Shown here: in pieces, positions 20,506-31,480 of the stretch
Layout: the number at the start of each line of letters is the position of its first letter
Numbering within the stretch: the first letter of the stretch is position 1
Source of the DNA: Lama guanicoe
Lineage: Eukaryota
NCBI GenBank assembly: GCA_013239625.1
Contig: MU056277.1
Coordinates: 1,528,076-1,592,075 of the forward strand
Length of the DNA stretch: 64,000 nt
Direction: 5' to 3'
Position numbers and translations under genes: made by a program
Notes under the pieces: generated by a model
What the model saw: only the letters and a program-made list of their open reading frames with translations
What the model was told of the DNA's origin: nothing
Database searches by the model: none

Positions 20506-22479
20506 TTTCACCCCACCAAATCCGCTGCCTTTCTGTGGCTGCACGTGGGACGCCCGTTGACAGTACAGAGGGCACAGCTTTGATGCCAGGGCACCTGATA
20601 CTCGGGGTTTGAGATTTTAGAGTTAACACACTTCACTGAAGTTACGCCTTCCATGGAGCGTCACAAAAGGGTACGGTTGCAAAAATTATTAGCGTTCTGT
20701 TTATGGGATGTGGCACAGGGTTGCGTGGCAGTGGTAGTTATCTTTTCATACTAATGAAAACATTCTCCTAATTGTTCAGAACCATCTCGGGACTGATAAG
20801 TATACAATATAAATATTTTATAGGTGTAATTCAATTAATCTCCCGAGAAAAATATCTGTTGGATGCGTGTAAACATACTGGTTAAATTGTACGTCTTCAT
20901 TCCTTCCACTCCAGTGCCTGAGACCGTGGAGAACAGACGATAAAAACTGCACCAAAGAGCTTATTCTCTTTTTATCGCCTGTCAAATTATTGCTGCGACG
21001 CCCATAGTTGGTGGTGAAACATTGCAGCCCGACGCTGCTAGCAATGAAACGCCAAGTGTGAGTTGCGCATTGACTTTAGGTAATGTACCAGAAAACGTTG
21101 CATGAAAACACTAATTTTCTCAATATATATTAGTAGGCCCGGTGTTTACCAATGAGAAGTGAAGATGTTTTGAAACAGTTTGTTAACTTGAAGCCTTGGC
21201 CGGGCTGCACGTAAATGCTGTCTGGCTCGTGTTAAAACTGGGGGCAGGAGCATCCTCAGGGCTGCGAGGTCCTGGCGGCACGGTTCTCGCCCAGCTGGTC
21301 CCCGGGGCGCCCTCGGTCACCCGGGCTCCGGGCTCCCTCCATGTTCACAGTTTCGGCATCACTGGTGTTTCCTGACATCCCTCCAAACAGGCGCAGCCTC
21401 TCTCTTCCCTCGGCTCCCCCGCTACTAGGCTTCCCACCTGCCGTGTGCCGCCCGCTCCTGGAGGAGGACCCCACGCCCGTGCACCTCGAGTGGGTCATTC
21501 CGTTGAAGGAGCAGAGCTATTTTTAACAACGCACCTCACGCTGTTGAGCAAAGAGCAGGTTTAATTTAATTTGTCTGGCCTGCAAAAAATAAAATAAGCG
21601 AAGTAGGCAATATATTATTATCAGCCTTGGATAACACCGGCATTCAAACATTTTATTATCTTACTATTGAGCAGTGTTTCCAAGAAGAACCTCTTTGTCT
21701 GTTAGCCTTTCTTAAGAAACCTATTCTTCAGTTTCAAGGAATAATTGTTGTCTAAGAGCTCAAGGGGAAAAATGAATCTCGGAATGTCCAAGCGGTTGGT
21801 CTGAGCAGCGGCCGAGAAAAGCTGCCTCCAGCTTTGCCCCGGGTGCCGTGTCCTCGTTTCTGTGATGGGCTTAGTTCCCGGTGTTCGGTGGGCTTCATCC
21901 GTGTGCGTTTTAAAGTAATCCTTATCCACCACCCGAAGTCTGAAGAAGGCAGAGTCTGAGCGTTGTAGGCACGTGGCACGGGCGTGTGCCGTTGTCCCCG
22001 ACGCCTGTGGCCCCGGTGATGCTGTCCTCACGCTAAAGGGAGGGGATGAGCCAGGCCATGTTGCGTCTGGCAAACTGCCACCAACGTCCAAATGACCGCA
22101 GAGCAACTTGGCACTAAAGCTGGCCTCCTTCCGCACCCAGCACCAGGCAGAATCGGGCCCTAATTCCACAGTCACATTGAAACGCAGTGGTGCAGTGCAG
22201 CTGTGGGTGGTCGGACATGACGTCCACCATGGGGGGCCCTGCCGCCGACCAGAGGCCGAGTCTGTGGGAGAACCACCTCCAGCAAGACCCAGGGTCGGGG
22301 AAGGATGCCGTTTCAGGTGAGCGGCTGGAGTTTGCCTCCGTTTTCCATATCTGTATTTATAGCGTGATTATTGTCACCTCCAGTGATGCTCTTATGACCT
22401 CAAGAATGTGGACTGACTGGGTTCCACTTAGTTAAGGATTTAGATCAGAAGGAGAAAAGAAATATTTTTCAATACGTTT

Positions 22480-22730
22480 ATTAAATAAGTTAAACGCATA
22501 TCATATACAGTTTTATTTTAGTAAAAGAAAACTTTGTGGAGTTTTAAATGGTATCCATTAGGAATATATGTAGAATCCCAAAGAAGAAAGTGAAGTCATC
22601 CCTAACCTCATTCTCAGAGAGAGATCTCTGTTACTGGGGGTGTTCCCTCTGATCAGGCACATCTACCATACACATCACGTAGCTCCTGAAAACCCTCAGT
22701 TTTGCAAAATTTTTACAACAAGCATGGGTT
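22480..22730 (-). mobile_element. L1ME3/4-like 3' end fragment
   Basis: aaagaagaaagtgaagtcatccctaacctcattctcagaga...ctgtta is typical of L1ME 3' ends. Confidence 0.5.
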
Positions 22731-22774
22731 GGGGCAGACTCTCAAATCTCTGGCCCTCTGTAAGGACAGCCCTG

Positions 22775-22960
22775 ACAGAATGATGTCATCTGAATGCCCC
22801 TCCAGGGAGCCCTTGGCAAGGGCAGGAGACGTGTTTCGATGTCACGACTGGGGATTCCCTGGCGTGGATCGGCGGGGGCCAGGTGCTGCCAACTCAGGGC
22901 GGCCCCGCAACAAAGCATCGTCCAGCCGAACTGTCTGCAGCGCGGACACCGGGAATCCCA
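22775..22960 (+). mobile_element. MER20 (hAT-Charlie MITE)
   Basis: ttggcaagggcaggagacgtgtttcgatgtcacgactgggg...ccccgcaacaaagcatcgtccagcc is collinear with MER20. Confidence 0.8.
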
Positions 22961-23902
22961 GCCCTAACCTCTCACTCCCAGAGGCCCAGCCAAGCTTCAC
23001 CTTCTCTGTACCGCTCACTCCTTACCTCCCTCCTCATCCACCTGTTCTGGCTCGTTTGTTTATTCACCCACAAACACGGGCCGTACGCGATTACAGACCG
23101 TGCGAGGAAGACACGGCCCCGCCCGGAGTTCTCACAGCCCAGACGGGGAGGTGACGTCGGCAGCGGCAGCGGCAGCTTGCTTTGTGTTTGTTAATTCGTC
23201 TAATCCTGCAGCCACCCCAAGAGGAAGCCCTTCGATAATGGTCACTTCACAGACGCAGAAATCAGTACATCAACAAACACTCACAGTGGGTAAAAGTGCC
23301 AGCGTCAGCGTGCAGGCAGCGCTGCAGGATCTCAGCTAACACTGGCTGAGTTCTCTCCATGCCAAGGGCTGTGGAGCCAGCGGTGAATAAAAATCCTGAT
23401 TTTTGGTTTAATAAGCACAACTTATTATGACAATTGGTTGTTTTAATCATATATACAAAATTACAAGTACATTTTATTTTATTTTTTAAACGTTCATCTT
23501 TTTCATATCTTTTTTTTTTCAAAAACTTGACTTGTTCTTTCATTTTTAAAGGATGAAAGTATTTGTAATTGCCTTCATATTGATCTGTGGCTTCGGAAAA
23601 AATACGCGCATGTAATTGTCTCACAGGACAGCCTTTTAAAGGAAGCAACATCTAAATTAAACAACAGCTACGTTAGAAACTCGCCCCAAGGACGTCAGCA
23701 AAGTGACGGACTGATGGCTTCGTTTCTCTCCTCCCAGTTTTCTAGTGACAGTTTGCACGCTTTATCAGTGAAAAAGGGGGAAAAGTACAGAACAGAAACT
23801 GAATTTTCAAATGATAAAAGTTGACTGCTGCCCCGAGTGCTCCTGCTGCAGTCGTGTGCCTGTTTATTTCTTCGTGAGTGTTATTCTGTGTGTGTGTGTG
23901 TG

Positions 23903-24490
23903 TTTTACTGAGACAGGATCGACAGCTATCGCTGTGTGTGTTTCAGGGCTGCAGCGTGCAGGTGTGATGCATTTGCGTGTCGCCGTGTGATGCCACCGGC
24001 CGTCAGCTGGTGCATCTGTCCTGTCACACAGTTACCCTTCCCTCTGTGGGGAGGACATTTACGACCCAGCCTGAGGAACGCTGAGGTTTACAGCCGGGTT
24101 GCTTGACCGTAGTCACCCGTTTTCCTTCTGGTCGCACCTTTGTGCTCTTTGCCCAGCCTCTCCCCAGTCCCCTCCCCCCGGCCCTTGGTGACCGCCATTC
24201 GGGTCTCTGCTTTTATGAGTTCAGCTTTTTAAAAATGTCACATGTCAGTGAGATTGTATGGAATCTGACTTTCTCTGAATTTTCTCACTCGGAATAACGC
24301 CCCCACGGTCCATCCATGTTGTTGCAAAGGGCCCGACTTCCTTCTTTCTCTCGGCTGCATAATCTCCCGTGGGGATTTATCCAAAGGAAATGAAAACACG
24401 ACATCGAAATGCTGCCTGCACCCCATGTTCAAAGCAGCGTTGTTCACGTCGGCCAGGACATGGAGACAAGCCCCGTGTCTACCCGTGGGT
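23903..24490 (-). mobile_element. L1MA-type 3' end with a 5' inversion (twin priming)
   Basis: 23903-24367 is antisense L1 3' UTR (ggtccatccatgttgttgcaaa). 24368-24490 is sense L1 (gggatttatccaaaggaaatgaaaaca...catgttcaaagcagc) from immediately upstream in the consensus. Confidence 0.8.
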
Positions 24491-26309
24491 GTGTGTGTGT
24501 GCTAACAGGAAGGCAGACTCGTTTCAGCCCACAGTGGGCCAGCTCCCTCGGGACCCCCGGCCTGGTGTAACCCACAGGCCTCAGAACCCATGGTTGGCCC
24601 CCTAGACGGCCAGTGGTGGGTTATTCGTTAGCATCGGTGAGAAGGGCCCCTGTCTCCGTGGGGCCCAAGCCACGGAGGGTGGAGGGTTTCCTTCCCTCCT
24701 GGGACTTTTGATTCTCAGCAGGCAGCTTCCTTCGGGCCATCGCCAGTCCTGGGTGGCGGAGAGCTTCAGGGTCGCCACGTACCTCCCATCATGGGACAGT
24801 CAGGGGCAGTCAGCAGCCCGACCCTGCCTGCAGGAAGGCGCCCTTGGCGGAGGTGCCCCTGCGGGCGGGCGTGTGCCGCGTGGGGGTGTGCCTGGTGCGG
24901 CCCCGCAGCTGCGGGCTGGTGCCGTGTCGCTCTCGCTTTGTTCCTCACAGCCTCTCTGCACTGAGCCCCAGATGCAAATGAAATGGTCACAAGAGAAGTA
25001 ACTGGGTTAAATGCGTGCTAAACAGGTTTAAAATTACTGCTCATTGTCTGGGAGCAGATGCAAGCCTCAAACAAATGCAAAGCATCCAGGCAGATGCAAA
25101 GGGAGGGCAACTGGAGCTGGGTCCCCAGTGCTCGCTTCCCAGCGCCGCCTGGCCATCCTGCCACCAGGCGAGGTGGGCAGCGGCCCCAAGGACAGGGAGA
25201 GCCTGGCCCAAGGGCAGGAGGAGCGAGAAGGGTCTTTGGCTCCGTGCCTGTCTCTGCCTCCTAAGACAGGGATCTTTGCATTGCTAGCATCTTGCCAAGG
25301 AAGGCCGATTAAAGCACACCTGCCCCTGGCCCCTGCTGTGTGTGCTCCATGTGGTTGTCCAGGGGCCTTTTTCTGTCCGCGTACCACCAGAGCCCCCGTC
25401 CTGGTGCACAGCAACACTCTGCCGGGCGGCCTAGCCCACGTCGGCGATTTGTGCTCTTCTCTGGGTGCTGAAGCTCACGTGTACGTGATGTGGCCTCGTG
25501 TGCAGAGCTGCCGCATATGGCACATGGGTTCCTTGATGTTTAACTTGGTAATAGAGCCTGGATCTCTGATCACCAAGTGTTCATGAAACATTCTCCGTTC
25601 TGTTTCAGCTCCATTAGAGAAGGTTCTAAGACGTCTCATCTGAGCCGGGCGTTTCAGAGAGCACCGACTCTGGCCTCCGTGGGGCAGGCTCACTTTGTAC
25701 TCACTAGTGGGGATGCAGGCATCCAAGGCAGGACGCAGCCCGCCCAGGGCGCCCTGGAGAGCAGAGCCGGCCCAGACCCACTCTGAGGTCTCTGTGGACA
25801 AGGCTCCGCCGACCACGGGGAGGGGGGTCGGGGTCAGCAGCTCAGTCCTGCTTTTCCTCAATGTTTTAGCGTCAAGATAGTATTTGGGGGAATAAAAGGC
25901 AATACTTGACTTTAAAAACCTTACTTTTGATCAATAGAAATAATTTATTTTAACTGCTCCATAAATGTTTTGCCAAAGTGGCTGAAAATGAGCTCTTTGA
26001 CCAACCGCTTTAAACTTTGCTAGCACTTTGCCGCTTACCACAGATTAATGTAAAGGGAATTTTAAAATCCCTCAATGCCGTGGGGAAATCAGGAGTCTCT
26101 CTGGAATCTGGAGTTCTGCTTTAGCTGTGTTAAACTGAAGGTGCCCACTGGAAATGCAAGTGGCGACATCAAGTGATCAGTTAGTTATGGTCCAGAGCTC
26201 AGGGGCAGCAGGCAGGGCTTGGATGTACATCCACCTGGGAGGCGCTGACACAAGTGCAGGTCACAGAACACTGAGACCCCGTCTTTTCCTCACTTTCAGA
26301 CTCCCCCTG

Positions 26310-26585
26310 ATGACACTGGGTGCCATGCAGAGAGGCTGGGAGCTGAGAGCAGCTCTCAGTGCAACAGCCAATTGGCTGAGCCTGGAAGCCCATCCTTCTC
26401 CCACCCTGCTGTGAGATGACCACAGCCTCAGCCAGTCCTCCATGGCAGCCTGTGCGGGACCCTGAGCCAGGCCACCCCTTGAGGCAGCACCTGAGCCACA
26501 GAACCACAGAACTGTTCCGTAACACACATCATTTAAGCCACTGTGTTTGGGGTAATTTGTTACACAGCAGTAGATAGCTGACACA
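26310..26585 (+). mobile_element. MLT1 (D/E/F-type) LTR, 3' part
   Basis: tttaagccactgtgtttggggtaatttgttacacagcagtagatagctgacaca is the canonical MLT1 terminus. Confidence 0.8.
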
Positions 26586-28154
26586 ATGCCCTGTGGGACA
26601 GCCTGCCCAAGAAGAACAGGAGTTTTGAGCACGTGCAGTGCCACAGCCCCTTCCACCAGCAACGCAGGCAGCAGGCTTCTGCAGCCAGTGGACTGCAGGT
26701 TTTCCATCTTCTCAGACACTAGAGGAAGAACATCCTTCTCTGAAGTGCCTCTTGCCCGGGCTGAGGCTATGAAAGGCATCCAACGAGCTTGAACCACAGC
26801 CCCCCGAGGGCTTGGAGGGTGCGTCCTGTTCCGCCTTTTGAAGATCAAGAGGCGAAGTGAAACAGGGTCCTCTGAGTTAGCATCTCATCCTCGCGGGAGC
26901 CACGTGCTCTCCAGGCCTCCTGGCACATGGACCCCCCCACCCCAGCCATGTCCTTTCATGGGCTTTGTAAAACATGGAGTGACTGTGAGCCACATTGACC
27001 TCAAAAGCTAGAAAACTGTTTTGGAGAAAAATGAGCTGTGACTTTTCCTTGTTGCAGTCCATGAAAACCCGCTGAAATTATTGAGCATTAGTCAAGAAAA
27101 AGGTTACTTAAAGAATGATGCATTTGAAGGCTAATTAGTTAAATTAGCAGGTTCAGAATAGATCACATGCACACCTATAAAACAGGAAGACTCAGCAGAG
27201 GACTTAATTAACTCTAAACACATCGATATGGGGCAGAAGATCCCAGAAGATGAGCTTCGCTTCTCCCTGGGTGAAGACAGGAGGGCACAATGGGAGCGCT
27301 GGCCGTGGTGCTGACGCTGGGTTCCGCCTGGGCTCCTTGGCCGCTCTCGTCTGCAGTTCTGAGCAACATCACTGACCTCCCTCACGTTCCCCCTGATGGT
27401 TGAGGTTTGCCCTAAAAAGTATTCACTTCAGCTCAAAGCATGCCAGAGTAAAGGTTCAGTGAGGTATAGACTTTTTTCCACGTGTTGTGGGAGCGATGCT
27501 AGAGCCAGGGAAGGGGGACAGAGCTGAACCTTTAGGAAGCAAGCCTGGCTCTGCTGATCAGGACTCTGTTTGGAGATGCTTGGTACGCCTGAGGCTTGGA
27601 GGAGCCCAACCCACCAGTGCAAGGCTCGTCTGCACTCATGTATTGCTGCCTCGGTGTTTCCTGCACCCATCTGCAATCTGCGTCTTCAGAGGGGGTGATC
27701 TGTGTGTGGCTTCCAGGGTATTCCTGTGTAATCCAGCATCCAGCTTAGCTGAATGCCTCCTTTGTCATCTTGCTCTAAACAGGATGGTTTGATGTTCCGC
27801 TGGCTTGGAAAGTTATTTCCTGGCTTAGAGCCAACATAAATACCCCCTCCTATGCCGAGAAGCCCAGACCCAAAGGAGCCCACAGAGCCACCCTGGGGGC
27901 CGTGGCTGCCAAGCCCTCACCTGACCATCGGGCCCCCTCATCCTGTGCTCCTCAGAGGGACACCTGGGAAGGATCGTGAGTCCTGAGCTGTGGCTCACAG
28001 ACCAGCCGGCAGTGGCCAGACCTGGGTGGCAGGCTGGTCATTTCACGGGTCTCTGTGACAGCAGCAGCAGAGCCTTCCCGTCAGCTGCAACATGCTGTGG
28101 GCGGAGCTGAGAATTCAGGTAGAACCTGAACTTAAACGCAGAAGGAGCAAGTTG

Positions 28155-28795
28155 CAGCTCCCTGTCCTCATTATTTGCAGCAGTCGTGTCCCATACAGTC
28201 ACCGTGAACCCTGAACCAGCAGTTCAGTCCTGGCCGTGGCTCCTGGGGAGATGCAGGCTGAGGTCCCTGCCACCCTCTAGTCACAGCACAGTCACCGACC
28301 GCTCATGCACAGCCCTGCTCCACGTGTGGATATGTTGAAGACATGTTATATGTGTTGCTGACGCAGCACATGGAGCCCGCGGCCAGCAGCACGGTACCTC
28401 GTGCCGAAGGAAGCACATCTGACGTGTGTATGCACGCGTTTCTTCGTGAGGCACACTGCACCCTTCTTGGACTTCAGAAAAGTTGACGGCGTTTCAGTGC
28501 CACGTTTGGGGGCCATTTCAAATGGTGAAATTATCAGCAACAAAAAAGCACAAAAATGTGAAAATGGTGGCACTAAGTAGACTGCGAAGAGGACCTTTGT
28601 TCACGGGGCGAGATGACCCAGGAGGGTGGAGTGCTGCCCGCGAGCCCTCGTCTGGGAGCGGCACTTCAGGCTACTCAGACTTTTCACTGCTCTGCACAGC
28701 TCAGTGGACATCCCTGAAAGCTCTGCAGTGACTTATTTCAAGGGCGCAAATAAAGTTTAACAAGGAGGTGAATTGTCGGTCCAGAATTCCGACTG
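28155..28795 (+). mobile_element. MER82 (TcMar-Tigger), near full length
   Basis: Collinear with the recalled MER82 consensus from ctcattatt through tttgggggccatttcaaa, aaaaagcacaaaaatgtgaaaa and gtggcactaagtagactgcgaa to the terminal cgactg. Confidence 0.85.
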
Positions 28796-28854
28796 CCTGT
28801 GTGTATAACTCCTGGGAGGGCAGAGTCCCTGCATGGGCAGGCATTGGAGCAGAG

Positions 28855-29065
28855 TGTTTAAGATAAGGCTCCGATTCCAGGCCTGGCCCAGCCCCTGCTG
28901 CTGTGTGACCTCGGTAAGTAGCTTAACCTCTCTGTGCTGCAGTGTCACCACCTGTGTAATGGGAGTAGTTTGCGTAGTTCTGTGGCGCAGGGGTACAGAG
29001 AGCTGGGCGAGGCTGTGCCTACACAGCGTGCCGGCCAGCACAGGCTCACTTTGATCGCTGTTAGT
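28855..29065 (+). mobile_element. MIR
   Basis: gctgtgtgacctcggtaagtagcttaacctctctgtgctgcagtgtcaccacctgtgtaatggg. Confidence 0.8.
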
Positions 29066-29759
29066 TGCTGGTGTTTTGTTGACAGGTGATTACCATCCTC
29101 AGACGTGAAGTCCATGGAAGGAGCAGGACTGAGAACCACGGTGCCTGGGACTGACCACATGAAGTGGCAGTCTTTACAGAAGATGGTGTCCACAGTTAGG
29201 CCGCTGGAGCCCAAGTTCAGGACAAGGGCAAAGCCAGCTGCTCTCCTTCTCATTAAACCTGCACGTTTTCAGACTGGAAGTTGTCCGCTTTGACGTCTGA
29301 CCTAAGCAGAGAGTCGTGTCTAAATGCAGCAGGACGGACCGCTATCCGGTTCTGGGTCTTTTCACGGCCGCCAGCCGGCGCCCCCGCCAGGACATAGAGA
29401 TGCAGACCTTCGATGCGAGCTGCGGTAAACTGCCCCCCACCCAGCTCAAGCCTGGGAGCAGGAGACCCTCTGAAGGGAGGTACCGAGCACGGGGGCTGGA
29501 AGGGCTCTGGCTCCCGCGGGTTCGTTCTGTTAGGTTTCTTCTCGAGGGGAAAAAAGCCCATGCAAGCGACAGTGGGAAAAACATTGCAAACCAAGGGATC
29601 GGCGTGACCGTGTGTGTTTGGTGAGAAGGCGACACTGGCCAGGGAGACTCTGACTCGGCGAGAGATGGAGATTGGGATTAATCTAACAGCCTGAGGCGAA
29701 CTGTCAGCCTTTGGGAGGGAACTGATAATGCGTTCATCATCAGGAGAAGTTCTTCTCCA

Positions 29760-30200
29760 TTGTGAGTAGGTTGAGTACCAGGGAATAGAGACCTAAAAAT
29801 TAAAATAATAAAAAGAAAGAAAAGAACAGAACTGCAGAGCTGGGCAGCCAGGTTGCCTTGGTGGACGCAGGATCCGTGGGAGTCGCTCCCCAGACTCTGC
29901 TGTGCCGTCCCTGGGGGTGGCCCTGGCTCTCGTGGCCCGAGAGGGCTGTGGTACTCCGCCCATCAGCTCCATGTTCCAAGCAGCAGGGCGGTGGAGGGAG
30001 GGGAAAAAAGGCACGCTCCTTCCCTCTCAGAGAGACTGTGCCGAAGTCGCTTGCAACACGTCCCTTCTGCTTGCATTTCATGAGAAAAAGCTTGGTCACA
30101 GGGCCACACACAGTTCCGAGGGGGACTGGGAAGTGTCACAGCCCTGGGCCCAACCAGAAGTTGCGGTTCTGTTAATTTTCTGAGGAAGAGAGGTGGATCT
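29760..30200 (-). mobile_element. Old MLT1 (J/K-type) LTR
   Basis: ccatgttccaagcagcagg...ttggtcacagggccacac...gggactgggaagtgt is typical of antisense MLT1J/K. Confidence 0.65.
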
Positions 30201-31019
30201 TTGAGAAGTTGATTTCAGCCGCCTCCTCAGAACAAGCTCCCGGCCAGGTAAGCGCTGTGTCTCACAGCCTCCTCGGGGTGACCGTGCCGCCGCCGCCGTC
30301 TGAAGGGGCGCCTTTAGGACAGGGTCTGTGAGGGAGCTCTCTGTGGTGACAACATCTGGGTAAACAAAGGCCACGTGGCACCATGTAAAGATGAGGGGAT
30401 TGGCTGCACTAACGAGACAAGTTCATAAAACTCCAGCCAGGCAGAGACTGGCCCGTTACAAACGTGGCGGGAAGGTTGCTCACTGGGCGTAATTAGTGTG
30501 CTGCCCAGAGGGGCTGTTCTCAAAGCGAGGCCGCCCCACGCGTGCTCCAGGCGTGGGCCTTCTAAGCCCTAAAGCACAGCCTGTGCTGCAGAGGGGCGTG
30601 TGGCTCACGTGGTGGGGGCCGCGCAGCATGGCCCCCGGACCCCCCCGCACGCTGTGTCGGCACCTGGCCGTCGACCTGGGAGGGGTGCGGCGATCACCTG
30701 GACGGGCCCGTCCCAGGGTCAGTGGGGAGGCCGAGTTCAAGCTCAATGGGAAGGACCATGGAACTGGGGGTGGGGAAGCGGCTGGGGGGCCACCCAAAGG
30801 GAAGCCGAGAGCCCTCGGGAGACGAAGGCGCAGAGCAGGCGGACACACGCAGACCCCCAGCCCCGACCCTTGGGTTTTCTTGGGCCGTCGCCTTCCTCCG
30901 GCCTCACCGCCCTCCTGGCTGGGCTAGGCTTTCAGAACTGCCATGGATCTGTCACTTAGGTGCCAGTGCTGAAGCATGTGGTTACTCTCTTTTTATGGGA
31001 TGTTTGAATATCTGCCAGG

Positions 31020-31480
31020 AATTACCATCCTTATTCCTTTAAAAAAATAATATTCTTAGCTGATCTTAGGTGTTTATTTTTCCATCTCGATAAGCTTACC
31101 TTGTTTTCTCCCACGCCACCCCCACAAAAAGAATCCTTCAGTGTTTTTATTGGAATCACGTTACTTGTACAGATTAACCTAGCATGTGTGTCTCTGTGAT
31201 TTAGACATCATCTTGTTTAAAGCAGCATACTTTTCATTTGTTCAGGCTCACGCCACGCCCTCAGGAGATTTAAAGTTTCCTTGCAGATTGTTTCCGCGTA
31301 TTTTAGCATTCTTGTTGCTCTGCTGCACAGGACACCTTCTTCAGTGTGTCTCCTAGTAGTTGTCCGCTCTGCTCTGGACCACTGCCTGGCGGTGTAGTTG
31401 GTGGGTAGTCACCTCAGATCCTCTTGAAAGCAGTGATAACTTTGCCGTATTTTTTTCTCGCATTTCCTGAGCTCTTGGTC
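31020..31480 (-). mobile_element. Ancient L1 ORF2 fragment
   Basis: ttttattggaatcacgtt...tacagattaac and tcttagctgatcttaggtgtttatttttccat resemble antisense ORF2. Confidence 0.5.

Noticed and set aside
29600-29830. Strong minus-strand splice acceptor near 29793
   Set aside because: The pyrimidine tract is an A-rich expansion within an MLT1 LTR, and downstream frames give no recognisable protein.
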